From the NCBI RefSeq assembly GCF_006345805.1, contig NC_043004.1, forward strand, positions 58,838,001-58,902,000: a DNA stretch of 64,000 nt, read 5' to 3'. A program made the position numbers and the translations under genes. Of the stretch, positions 1 to 12,030 are shown one piece after another. The number at the start of each line of letters is the position of its first letter. The stretch's first letter is position 1. This DNA is from Octopus sinensis (Eukaryota). The notes under the pieces are model-generated. The model was given only the letters and a program-made list of their open reading frames with translations. It was not told the origin of the DNA and made no database searches.

Positions 1-435
1 TTCTGTCTACCAAATCCACTCACAAGGCATTGGTCGGCCCGAGGCTATAGCAGAAGACACTCGCCCAAGGTGCCACGCAGTGGGACTGAACCCAGAACCA
101 TGTGGTTGGTTAGCAAGCTACTTACCACACAGCCACTCCTGCGCCTGTATATATATATACACACACACACATTTATATATATATATATATATGTGTGTGT
201 GGCTCTTTCTAGCAAACACTTTGAGACCAATCCTGCCATAGAAGATACCTTAATGGCTTCAACAACGTTGGGTTTTGGTAAATAAAGATAAAACTGTTCG
301 AGTTACTTCCCTTTTTTTCTTGTTGATGCTCTTCAACAGTGTACGGACGGCTTCATTGTATTGGTCTGAGGCAATAAATGAAAATAAATAAACTATCAAC
401 TTAAATTATATGTAGGCATGCTATCTTCCCATTAT

Positions 436-570
436 TATCCTCCTCCTCCTCCTTCTCCTCCTCCTCCTCCTCCATCTCCTCCTCCTCCTTCTTCTTCTTC
501 TCCTCCTCCTCCTCCTCCTCCTCTTCCTTCTTCTTCTTCTCCTTCTTCTTCTTCTTCTTCTTCTTCTTCT
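436..570. repeat. (CCT)n/(TCT)n trinucleotide microsatellite
   Basis: Directly visible; it produces the spurious poly-Pro/Ser ORF 418..624. Confidence 0.95.
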
Positions 571-710
571 ATTTATCGATTATCAAGCGAGGCTGGTGGT
601 AGGAGACAAACACAGACACAATGAGACACACATGGATTGATATATATATATATATATCACAAACATCATCATTATTCAACGTCCATTTTCCTTGCTGGTA
701 TGGGTTAGAC

Positions 711-1679
711 CAGTGGTTCTCAACTGGGGGCCATATAGCTTTTGAGGGTCCACATAATATTTTGGTGGGGGTTCATGTAACAAGATAGTAAATTGGGTAC
801 AGAATAGTATTTTAAGAGACCCTGAAAAAATTTTGCCTTAGACGTCATCATCATCATTATCATCATCATTTAATGTCCACTTTTCATGCTAGCATGGGTC
901 GGAGGATTTGACTGAAGACTGGCGAAACAGATAGCTGCACCAGGCTCCAATCTTGATCTGGCAGAGTTTCTACAGCTGGATGCCCTTCCTAACGCCAACC
1001 ACTCCGAGAGTGTAGTGGCTGCTTTTACGTGCCACCAGCATGAGGGCCAGTCAGGCAGTACTGGCAATGGTCATGCTCAAATGGTGCTTTTTATGTGCCA
1101 CCTGCACAGGAGCCAGTCCAGCAGCACTGGCAACAACCTTGCTCGAATGTTTTTTCCCTTTTTCAAGTATCACTGGCATTTTTATGTGCCACCAGCACGG
1201 AAGCTAGTCAGCTGCTTTGGCAATGATCATGCTCAAACGTATGCCTTGATATGTATTGCAAGAAACAGTTGGTTTCTTTCTCTAATGTTTTACATAGTTC
1301 AACCTTCACAAGTTAATGCGTGAATAACAAAACAGGAATTTTGAAAGAAGTGTCCATAAAACTAGCTTTAACCCTTTTGTTACCAACCCGGCTGAAACCG
1401 GCTCTGGGTCTGTAGTACAAATGTCTTGTTTTCATAAGTTCTGAATTAAAATCTTCCACCAAACCTTAATCACAATTTATGCTCCTAACACTAGCTGAAT
1501 GATAACTAAGTTATTTTACTAAATTCTTTGTTATATTTAAAGTAATTGAAAGAAATACTGAACATCCCAAAATAAATACAGTAATGAAAGGGTTAAGACA
1601 TCAAATAGCAATAGGGTGTCCATCACAATAAAATAGCAATCAAAGGTGTCCATAGATGAAAAATGGTTTAGAACCTCTG
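711..1679. mobile_element. Non-autonomous hAT (Charlie-like) element with nested insertions
   Basis: Ends are CAGTGGTTCTCAAC...GTTTAGAACCTCTG with degenerate 8-bp flanks ggttagac/ggttggat. Internal sequence matches the copy at 59737-60058. Confidence 0.7.
1372..1592. mobile_element. piggyBac-like MITE (family F); other copies at 35728-35937, 36336-36909, 54330-54551
   Basis: TTAA|CCCTT...AGGG|TTAA termini in all four copies, with a shared ~220-bp body. Confidence 0.85.
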
Positions 1680-1923
1680 GGTTGGATGGTTTCACCAGAG
1701 CTGGTAAGCTGGAGAGCTGCACAAAACATCAGCCTGTTTTAGTTTGTTTCTACGGCTGGATACCTTTCTTAAAGCCAGTCACTCTACAGAGGGCACTGGG
1801 TATCTTTTACATGTCACTGGCACAACCACAATTTCATTCAGTTTGACATGTCTTCTCAAACACAGTGAATTGCCAGAAGTCTCAGTCATTTGTCATCGCT
1901 TCTGTGAGACTCAACAACTGAAG

Positions 1924-1964
<41 letters not shown>

Positions 1965-2006
1965 ATACATATATATATATATATATACACACACATACAT
2001 ACATAC

Positions 2007-2061
<55 letters not shown>

Positions 2062-2070
2062 TGTGTGTGT

Positions 2071-2383
2071 GTGGAGGCGCAATGGCCCAGTGGTTAGGGC
2101 AGCGGACTCGTGGTCATAGGATCACGGTTTCGATTCCTAGACTAGACATTGTGAGTGTTTATTGAGCGAAAACACCTAAAGCTCCACAAGGTTCCGGTAG
2201 GGGGAGGGTGATCCCTGCTGTACTCTTTCGCCGCAACTTTCTCTCACTCATTCTTCTGTTGGCCTGCTCGCTTGGCCAGCGGGGTGGCGTTATTTAAAGG
2301 CTAAAACAATGCGAAACGCATTGTGACCAGCGATGTGTAGCAACATCTGATAGCCTGTTCGGTCACGGTGATCATCACGGTGA
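2071..2383 (+). mobile_element. tRNA-derived SINE, family B2
   Basis: Head GGAGGCGCAATGGCCCAGTGGTTAGGGCAGCGGACTCG...GGTTTCGATTCC carries A and B boxes. The tail ends TCACGGTGA. Both flanks are (TA)n-type repeats. Other copies are at ~8215-8515 and 30171-30288 (3' part, minus). Confidence 0.85.
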
Positions 2384-2810
2384 TATATATATATATAGAT
2401 AGATATATATATATATATGCATAGATACATGCATCGAAATTACTACGATGATCCAGTTCTTGACTGAAGACTGAGGGCTTCGAATGTCCTGTCTGTGTTT
2501 GTTGTATCGTCTTCTAAGTGTTATGCGTTCTTGTCACAGTTTGTATTTTTCTACATATCATAATATATATATACATACATACATATATATATATATATAT
2601 GTATAAAACAGAGATGTACTTGCATAGTAAGTGACCTGACCTGAGATTGTGTGCTGGAACGAAAACAATTGCAGCATGAAGGTGTTTATAAGCCATTTAA
2701 GAAACACACAAAATCCATTAGATTCACTTCAACATTTAAATTTAATTTGTCAAAATATTTTCATCGCTTTGAGACCATGACCTGTTCACTGACAAAATTC
2801 TGTGCTGGTT

Positions 2811-2843
<33 letters not shown>

Positions 2844-3087
2844 TATATATATATGTATATATAAAGTAAAAAGTAAGAGAGTCAAAAGGAAGAGTAAGTA
2901 CGGTTAGGAAGCTGTTTAATCACTACAAATGTTTCGGTACATGCTTTCTACTTTTTATTTTCACACACGAGGAAAATCTAAGACAAGAATTGATAGCATA
3001 CCATAAGAATACTACCGGCTATTTGGGAATTCTAAGGGTGAACAAGTTCTATTTGTACTCTTATATGTTCTTAACAGAACACACCTC

Positions 3088-3122
<35 letters not shown>

Positions 3123-3125
<3 letters not shown>

Positions 3126-3966
3126 ATTTATAAAACTGAAATGCGAAAAGTTTGTTTGTTTGTTTGTCTGGCATTGGCATTGGGAACGGCTTAAAGGCCA
3201 CTAGATCCCGTCGGATTGACTCCAAAATTTACAGGGACATGTAAAATGAGGTGACGATGCCAGTGGGCTAGGTTAGAGATCTTAAAAGGTGTTGTTGCTA
3301 GGGCCAAAAACGCACTTTGACAAGTCAACTCTCATTCTTTTATGTATCTGTCTTCCTCCGTCACTCACTCTCTTTCCTCCCTTCCTATCACTTTCTATAT
3401 ATAACGTTGTTTCACGGCATCTAACTCTCTTACCTTCACTTTCTCTTTATAACGTCGTGTCACGGCGTTCTATATCTCCCCCTCCCCACCTTCGACAGCG
3501 CTTTCACACACTCTTTCTCTCTACGTTTGTCTGCATTCATAGAGAGAATTATCATCGCCACCACCACCACCACCACACAATCATGAGAACAAATATTATG
3601 AATCAGATATTTATTGGGTTAATTTATGTGTTTGTGTGTGTGTGTGTGTTCTATATATAAATATGTATATATAATGTATATATAAAAAGTGTATATATCT
3701 GTATTTATATATATTAAACTTTTTAATACTTTTTGATAGTTATATATATTTTTTTTTAAATTATAAATATAAATTAATAATTTTAATTTTAAATTTAAAT
3801 AATTTAAATTTTTCAATTTTATATTTTATATATTTTGTATATTATATTTTTGTTTTTATGTTTTGGTTTATGTTTTTCACTGTTTGATTTGCCTATTAGT
3901 GATTTTATCTCTAATTTAATTTATACATATATATATAATTTGTATACATTTGTATATATAATGTGT

Positions 3967-4005
<39 letters not shown>

Positions 4006-4827
4006 CATATATATATATAAATAATGTGTGCATTATGTGGTCGGTTGTGCTGAAAATATGCACACCTATGTTAAAAGTGCTGGCAAGTTTGCATGACAAC
4101 TATTTTTTCCTCAAATGAAAGGCGTGACCTCTAGGACAAAATTCCTCATCTAATAAAATGTGGCCCCAGTAAACCCAAATGAAATCGGGTTATATCAACC
4201 AAAATGTGAAAAGGGGGCTAAATGGGGCTGGAAGGGGATTAGAATTTAAAGGAGCGGGTGTTTAGGAATTCTCTGTTACATCAAGCTAAAAAATTTGCGC
4301 CAGCCTTTTAATCGTCAATGTGTTGCCGTCCATGATGAAGAAGTTTTGAATGCTTGCCATGGTGAGTCTACTGTCGTGAGAAAGAATCACTTCAAAACTT
4401 GGTGTTTAGGGATTTTCTTTTACATCAAGTTCAAAATTTTACGCCAGCCGTTAAACTGTCAATACGTTGTTGTCCGTCGTTAAGAAATGCCATCCATGGT
4501 GACTCTAATATCCTCAGATTCTATCCCTTCAAACTTTCGTTTCCAATATTTTATTATTTTTATTCAGCTCGCAAGTTCGTCTGTCCCATTTAAATGTTAG
4601 TGTTTTGCTGTCTGCCTTGAAGCAGACCTTTCCATTATCACTGCCTGATATTTATGATTGATCTTTCAAAATGTTTTATTTCTCAACTTACTCAAGATCT
4701 TTTGTTGTTTATAAATGGGAGAGAGATAGATAAAGATAGAGAGTAAGAGAAAGCAAGGAAGAGTCCGGGAAAAAAGAAAAGTAAGAGAGTGGGAAAGTAA
4801 GAGAGAAAGGAGAGAGAAACAAAGAGG

Positions 4828-4861
<34 letters not shown>

Positions 4862-5093
4862 GTTTAACGTCCGTTTTCCATGCTAGCACGGGTTGGACAG
4901 TTTGACCGGGGTCTGGGAAGACAGGAAGCTGCACCAGGCTCCAGTCTGATCTGGCAGTGTTTCTACAGGTGGATGCCTTTCCTAACGCCAACCACTCTGT
5001 GAGTGTAGTGGGTGCTTTTTACGTGCTGAAAGGAAGCAACAGAAAGTAACAACCACACTCTTACCCGCACGTAGAGCGGGTCACCTTAAGCTA

Positions 5094-5094
<1 letters not shown>
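3123..5094 (+). mobile_element. Non-autonomous Helitron-like element
   Basis: 5' end A|TCTATTTATAAAA is followed by (GTTT)n. The 3' end has the hairpin ACCCGC-acgtaga-GCGGGT then CTAG|T. An E fragment is nested at ~4833-5026. Pairing the two ends is inferred. Confidence 0.7.
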
Positions 5095-5136
<42 letters not shown>

Positions 5137-5141
5137 ATATA

Positions 5142-5571
5142 CAGGTCGTCATCAACTTACGACCGATCGATTGACTTTACGACAATTGATGTGCCACCTG
5201 CCAGCAGGAATAATAAATAGTCCAGCTGAAATCTAATGGGTTTAATTTCTTAGAAATCAACTTGTCTAGGGATGATGTCAGCTAACAAACACTTCCCGTA
5301 GGTTTGGTTATCAATCACTACTGTGTTGGATGACTATCGTGTCGTAGAGACATTGAGGCAACCTCATATTTGCTTATAAGATGACTACTTGGGACTCTGA
5401 AATTTTTGATTAATGCCAGTATAACACTATGATACAGAATGCCATGCATGACTTTTACCTGAGAATGTACCTTAAGAATGTAAAAATATAGAACAAAACT
5501 ATGTAGGCCTATAGGCCAACCTACAACCAGTCAGTTGGACCCAATTGTAGTTGTAAGTCTATGATGACCTG
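5142..5571. mobile_element. Tigger/pogo-like MITE
   Basis: Imperfect TIRs CAGGTCGTCATCAACTTACGAC and (reverse complement) CAGGTCATCATAGACTTACAAC, with TA at the left flank. Confidence 0.7.
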
Positions 5572-6108
5572 TGTATATATATGTGTGTATGTGTGTATGT
5601 GTGTTTGTGTGTGTACATAAACACACACATATATAAACTCCTTCCCAAAAATGGTTATCTAAATCCTCATAATAACTTTCATAACATTTTTTTTAAAATA
5701 ATGTTTTTTAAAATCACCTGTACACTTCAAAAACTGTATGAAGTAATTCTCATAGACTTTCAAATATATATATATATATATAATATATATATATATACAC
5801 ATACATACAACAAGTGTCTTTCAGTTTCCATCTACCAAACTCACTCATAAGGTTTTAGTTGGCCCAAGGCTATATAGTTGAAGATACTTGCCCAAGATAT
5901 CATATTGTAGGACTGAACCCAGAAACATGTGGCTGGCAAACGACTGCATTCGTATATACAATTTTTTATATATTTATACTTTTTTCAGAGTCTTCTAATA
6001 TAATGTTTTAGTAAGGGGATCTCCAAGGTTTACGTAGCTCAGATCCTTACCAACTCTAACTCCAGTACTGAGATAGAGAAAGCTCCAGTTAGAAAAATAT
6101 TTCATACC

Positions 6109-6327
6109 TATTTCTTTATTACCCACAAGGGGCTAAACACAAAGGGGACAAACAAGGACAGACATAGGTATTAAGTCGATTACATCGTAACTGGTACTTA
6201 ATTTATCGACCCTGAAAGGATGAAAGGCAAAGTCGACCTCGGCGGAATTTGAACTCACAATGTAACACAGACGAAATACCGCTAAGCATTTCGTTTGGCG
6301 TGCTAACGTTTCTGCCAGCTTGCCGCC
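6109..6327 (-). mobile_element. SINE family D
   Basis: Head GGCGGCAAGCTGGCAGAAACGTTAGCACGCC, a B-box-like GAGTTCAAATTCC, and a core GCCTTTCATCCTTTCAGGGTCGATAAATTAAGTACC. Flanked by a TTCATACC direct repeat. Confidence 0.8.
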
Positions 6328-7438
6328 TTCATACCAGGGTAACGGTCATCTGCTGTATACCAGTTTATTCCTTGTGACCAGAGCTTATGTGTTCAACCTG
6401 GATATTAATATTTAACAATTTATTTATTTGTTTGTTTGTTTCATTCGACTGTGGTCATGCTGGGACATCTCCCTTGAAGTATTCAATCAAATAAATCAAC
6501 CCCGGTACATATTTTTCAAGTCTTGTACATATCCTCTTGGGCTCATTTGCTGAACTACTAATCTACAAGGATATAAACAAACCAACACCAGACGTTAGGC
6601 AGTGTTGGGGACAAACACAACACAAACACACATAGCTACACACACACATGGGGTCATGCACACACACACACACACGCATGTGTTATCAACGAACAAAAGT
6701 TATGCCTAATTCTTCAGTTTCCTTCCTCATTCATTATTTCCAATTTCTTCTAAGTTATCATGTGAAATATTAATTAAACTAATACATTCAAAGTACTTCC
6801 AGTTGAGAAATATTGATTTAAACATAGCCAGCTATAATTTTCACATTTAGTAGTTATTTTCTTTCTTTTTCCTTTTTTTTTTTTTTCATTCATTCAGTTT
6901 ATGGACTTTGTGATTTCAGATTTTCATACAATGGCATTTTGTCCAAGAACAATACCAAATAGTTATTTCAATTTTCTCATCTTCAATATTTAATGACCAA
7001 AGAACACATAACAAAGAACAGAATTAAGTAACTCAACCAACTTAATATCTATAATCCAACAGTAATTTTTCTAATAAAGAATTTTCTGAACAGTTTTAAG
7101 GCTAAACTTGGCTGCATGATTGATAGCTTACTCAACACATTGATTATATTCTAAACAATTATTGATTTCATATTTTTGATTTTTTTTTTTAATACGCATT
7201 TTAATAAGAGAATATTATTTAATCTTATAAGTCTATAATTAGACAGTAACTAGAGCTTCGTGGTTGCACCTGTAACATTATTGAAACACCTTGCTTTAAT
7301 TATAGTTCACATAATTCCACAACGCTAACGGATTAAGGTAAACATCTGAACTGTACTTAATGGAAGCAAGGAATGTTAAATGATTAAATTGGGATTTGGT
7401 AAATAATGCGGAGAATCACAGAGTAATTCATTTTGAAA

Positions 7439-7835
7439 CTAGCAGTATCGCCCGGCGTTGCTCGGGTTTGTAAGGGAAATAACTATATAAGCATTTTTAG
7501 AGATGTAAAGTATAATAGCCATCTCAATAAGGCTAACCACAAAGGGGGGGGGTGTTACTCTAGCTTTTTACGTTCTGAGATTTAATAATAAATTTTCAGA
7601 GAGTTACTTCCCTTATATAATAGCAAAAAAATGCATTAAAAATGTGAAAAAATGATGGTAATTTTTTTTCAAATCATAGACTCATCGTAGATGCGCACTA
7701 ATACCCAGAAGGGCTCAATATGAATCACGACTATAAGATACCCGCTTTTGGTTAAACTGCACCGCAAAATGTAGGAGTAGTTAGGAATCTAAATCGTAGG
7801 AGACAGACACACAACTTCACTTTTATATATAAAGA
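7439..7835 (-). mobile_element. Short non-autonomous Helitron; second copy at 36393-36768
   Basis: The minus strand starts A|TCTTTATATATAAAAG and ends with the hairpin CCCGAGCAACGCCGGG then CTAG|T. There is no TSD. Confidence 0.88.
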
Positions 7836-7974
7836 TATGAAAATGGGGAATGTGTGAAAAAATATTTAGGTGGTTTTTGGTTTTAGGGAAATATATCTGT
7901 AGGACAAAAATGGAACTAAACAATCCATTTCCAAAATAAATACAAAATTAGTATTGAGTAATTATTTTTTTTAC

Positions 7975-8508
7975 TCTTTTACTTGTTTCAGTCATTTCAC
8001 TGTGGCCATGCTGGAGCACCGCTTTTAGTCAAGCAAATCAACCCCAGGACTTATTCTTTGTAAGCCTAGTACTTGTTTTATCGGTCTATCTTGCCAAACC
8101 GCTAAGTTATGGGGACATAAACACAACAGCATCGGTTGTCAAGTGATGTTGGGGGACAAACACAGACACACAAACATATACACACACACATACATATATA
8201 TATATATATGTGTGTGGAGGCGCAATCGCCTAGTGGTTAGGGCAGCGGACTCCCGGTCGTAGGATCGCGGTTTCGATTCCCAGACCGGGCGTTGTGAGTG
8301 TTTATTGAGCGAAAACACCTAAAAAGCTCCACGATGCTCCGGCAGGGGGTGGTGATCCCTGCAGTACTCTTTCACCACTCTTTCTCTCACTCTTCTGTTG
8401 GCCTGCTCGCTTAGCCAGCGGGGTGGCGTCATTCGAAGGCTAAAACAATGCGAATGCATTGTGACCAGCGATGTGTAAAACATCTGATGGTCTGGTCGGT
8501 CACGTGAT

Positions 8509-8547
<39 letters not shown>

Positions 8548-8636
8548 CGACGGGCTTCTTTCAGTTGCTGTCTACCAAATCCACTCACAAGGCTTTGGTC
8601 AGCCCGAGGTCATAGTAGAAGACACTTGCCCAAGGT
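7975..8636 (-). mobile_element. SINE family A copy interrupted by a B2 SINE in its central (TA)n
   Basis: A-family sequence flanks a complete B2 copy (~8215-8515) on both sides, with (TA)n-type repeats at both junctions. Confidence 0.85.
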
Positions 8637-8653
8637 CAAGCAGAAAAAGAAAA

Positions 8654-9210
8654 TTATCTTAAAAGCACATGTATCATGAAGGCGTTTTTTATCCTCTTAA
8701 AGTACTCATTGAAAGGTCCATCACAGTTGACATTCACATCCTGTTCAAAATATTTGTAACTTTCCTCAGAGAGCAGAGGCAGTAATTCTAGATTGTTAAT
8801 GCTTAATGTCATGGACGAAGGCACAATTTTGCTACATTTTATCTCCAAAAATGCACATTTGGACTCACCAAGTTTCATTCCTTTGTCTTTGGAAAATTGA
8901 ATTATGAGACCCAGTTGCTTATTGAAGTGGTTAATATTTGGCTCACACAGCCGCAGGTCATCAACAAAGAATAGGGTGAGAGATTGGATTGGATGCGTTC
9001 CTGTAGCTATTGTGTTTGTGATTAGGTATAGCAAGGGGTTTAGTGAGCATACAACAAATTGTACTGAGAAGCTACTGTCCTGGCAGATTACATTTTTGTA
9101 ATGTATAGTGTCAGATTTGATGTCTACATTGTCACCTCTAAAAAGTAATGAGGTGTACCAATTTGGAGTATGGTGGTAGTTAGCAGTTACTAGTGATGGT
9201 GGAACTTTGG
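8654..9210 (-). pseudogene. Decayed non-LTR reverse transcriptase fragment, R4/Dong-like
   Basis: Translates to LFFVDDLRL...FSKDKGMKLGESKCA...YKY (YxDD region and domains 6-7), with a degenerate upstream domain 4 ending SLNPL in another frame. Confidence 0.7.
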
Positions 9211-9215
9211 CTCTC

Positions 9216-9619
9216 TTACTCTTTTACTCTTTTACTTGTCTCAGTCATTTGACTGCAGACATGCTGGAGCACCGCCTTTAATCAAGCAACTCGACCCCGG
9301 GACTTATTCTTTTGTAAGCCCAGTACTTATTCTATCGGTCTCTTTTGCCAAACCGCTAAGTAATGGGGACGTAAACACACCAGCATCAGTTGTCAAGCAA
9401 TGCTAGGGGGACAAACACAGACACACAAACACACACATATATATATACATATATACGACGGGCTTCTTTCAGTTTCCGTCTACCAAATCCACTCACAAGG
9501 CATTGGTCGGCCCGGGGCTATAGCAGAAGACACTTGCCCAAGGTGCCACGCAGTGGGACTGAACCTGCAACCATGTGGCTAGTTAGCAAGCTACTTACCA
9601 CACAGCCACTCCTGCGCCT
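9216..9619 (-). mobile_element. tRNA-derived CORE-like SINE family A (representative of more than 20 copies)
   Basis: Head GGCGCAGGAGTGGCTGTGTGG...GGTTCAGTCCC, CORE-like CTTGGGCAAGT, central (TA)n(TG)n, tail (AAAAGAGT)n. Other copies include 13361-13752, 14205-14606, 21704-22075, 23650-24040, 29971-30520, 32731-33110, 44673-45040, 53931-54305, 54910-55280, 55606-55986, 56278-56711, 57003-57415, 60557-60983 and 61501-61890. Confidence 0.9.
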
Positions 9620-10050
9620 AAGTACGTTTTGGTACACCAGTCATAACAGCCAAGTTTTTGCCCTTATTTATTGCTCTCTCTCTTGTATCATTTTGTTAAC
9701 TAATAGATGCTAATATTTCCTTCTTTTCCACAGCTTATTCTGAAGTTACATTATTGTTAGTGGTACATTTGTCTTCTGAACTGATATGGGTTGGATGGTT
9801 TGACTGGAGCTGGCAAGCCAGAAAGCTACACCAAGTTCTACTGTTTTCTTTGTCATGGTTTCTATGGCTGGATGTCCTTCCTAACACCAACCACTTTACA
9901 AAATGTACTGGGTGCTTTTTATGTGGCACCAGCGCTGGTGCTTTTTTTACATACCAGTGGGGACACCAAGTAACTTGCAAGATGGAAACCTCTCAGCTGG
10001 AACTATGGGAAGTGGCTTTGTGTCAGGTGAGAGGTTAGAATATAATAGAG

Positions 10051-10052
<2 letters not shown>

Positions 10053-10095
<43 letters not shown>

Positions 10096-10535
10096 TATTG
10101 TGTACAGTGCTCAGGTGCACTACAACTCATCTAAAGTGTATGTATAATCAAGTGTAGTTTCGGCGGATTTTGGAAAGCATGAGGGCCTTAAAGGATGCAG
10201 TGTCATGGGAGTCAACAACTGATGCAGGCAGTTTATTCCATGCTTCAGCAACTCTGAGCGTGAAAAAATGTTTCCGAAAGTCATGGGAGCTGTGCTGTTT
10301 TCTGACTTTGTAGGCATGTCCACGTGTGTTAGACACATGAAGATCAAAAAGGTGTTCAGTGTTGTTGTTGGTGAGGTGGTTGATAACTTTGTGGGTGTTT
10401 ACCAAGTCCATCGCCAGACGCCGGATCTTCAGTGAATCCATGCCCAGAGAAACAAGGCGCTCAGAGTATGGTAGGTGTCTGATGGAGGGTATGCGTTTGG
10501 TTGCACGTCTCTGAACAGATTCCAGGAGGTCTAGA
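10053..10535 (-). mobile_element. CR1-type LINE 3' fragment with (TTA)n tail; other copies at ~14611-15150 and ~17943-18300
   Basis: Translates to LLESVQRRATKRIP...YSERL...TRGH...FFTLRV..AWNKLP, the CR1-group ORF2 C-terminus. A short 3' UTR and a (TTA)n tail follow. Confidence 0.85.
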
Positions 10536-10611
10536 GATTGTTGTCTTACTATAGAGGAGATACTTAGCTACTCTAATAGAACAAGAAAGAAAAGGAAAGA
10601 GAGAGAGAGTT

Positions 10612-10658
<47 letters not shown>

Positions 10659-11169
10659 GGGAGAGAGAGAGAGAGAGAGTTGTTCAGAATTCAAATTCCA
10701 CTACAGTCAACTTTGCCTTTCACATTTCAGGGTCAATAGATTAAGCACCATCAAGGCACTGGGGTCGATGTTATCAACTAGACCCCTCCCCACAACTGTT
10801 AGGCCTTGTGCCTTTAGCAGAAAGGATTATTATATTATGGGTCTTTATAAAATATGATGGAACTTTTGAATGTTTAAGATTTTTATATCTCATGTCTTTT
10901 CTACAGGAACTGACTTACAACAGTGGAAGCAACATGTTAACAGCATCTGTAACACCAGTCTTGGTGCATCTACAAAGAGCCTAAAGGTTTCTTTGTCCAT
11001 GTTCTCTACCCACTATTCCTGGGAGAGCTGGTGGAGTAGAGTCTGCAGGGGCCTCATCCATAGAGTCCTATCAAAAGCAACCGTCATTAAACTTTCTGGC
11101 TGGATTCCCAACTGTGACCAAGTGATAGTGTGGGTATTATCCAGCCAGCTTGTTCTTGATCTACTTCTA

Positions 11170-11500
11170 TTAGGCTGTCTGGAAAGTTGGTGCCGATTTT
11201 TACAGGAAAGAAAAAAGTCAATAAATACTTACCAGTATATTTTTAATCAACCAAATATGAACTATTTTGTTGCACAATGCGTCTCCATCTTTCCTTTAAC
11301 TTGAAAATACCCTCTTCCCAGAATTGAGGTGGTTTCATGGCAAAGAATTCATCAAGGTATCTTTTTACGTCATCCAAGGAATTGAAATTTTTGCCATTAA
11401 GACTATTCTGCAGAAACCTGAATAAGTGGAAATCTGAAGGAACAATATCCGCTGAATATGGAGGGTGCAGCTGAGCTGCATCAATTTTTGTCTGGTTCCC
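11170..11500 (-). mobile_element. mariner transposon 3' fragment with one TIR
   Basis: The minus strand translates to HPPYSADIVPSDFHLFRFLQNSL...ERWRRIVQQNSSYLVD* (YSPDL-like motif). The terminus is TA|TTAGGCTGTCTGGAAAGTTGGTGCCGATTTT. Confidence 0.85.
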
Positions 11501-11603
11501 AAAGCATCAAATGCCGAAAATAAACATATCTGATTGCAGTCATGGTGTGATAGAATGTACTTCCTTTCATGTAGGCAAGGATTAAATACCTCACTCCTGC
11601 TAT

Positions 11604-12030
11604 TCAGGTAAACATCCAGGCGTTGGGTTGGGTACCTTTTAAAATTGCTCTTTTCTCAGCCAGGCATAATCTGCACTTCTTGCTGTTATTGAAGTATAGT
11701 TTGCATCTTTCTAGGATCTTCCACTTTATGCTGTACTCCATGATGCTTTCTTTCAAAGTCCAGACATGCTTAGTGGGGGCAATAGCATTACGTCTCTCTG
11801 CGATGGTGAATGAGGACTTGTGGTTATTAAAGCGGGTTCTGAAGGTGCCTTCCATTGCCCCCACATACTTCTGAATGCTCAGTTGTCCATTGGGTCCTGT
11901 TACTATTACTTCTGCTTTGTAAACAACTGTTTCCATATTGCAGTGGCCGTTTAGTGGACAAGTTGTGTTAACCCTGCATGAGCATCCTACCTCAGCCTCT
12001 GGTCTGGGCCAATCTAAAATCTTTTTTTAC
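11604..12030 (-). pseudogene. Penelope-like element GIY-YIG endonuclease fragment
   Basis: Translates to CSCRVNTTCPLNGHC-NMETVVYKAEV...KYVG...FRTRFNNHKSSF...CRLCLAEK, with GIY-YIG halves and the conserved R, H and E residues. Confidence 0.85.

Noticed and set aside
10907-10986. Exon-like open segment after ttttctacag
   Set aside because: The donor is weak, there is no recognisable homology, and it is surrounded by transposon debris.
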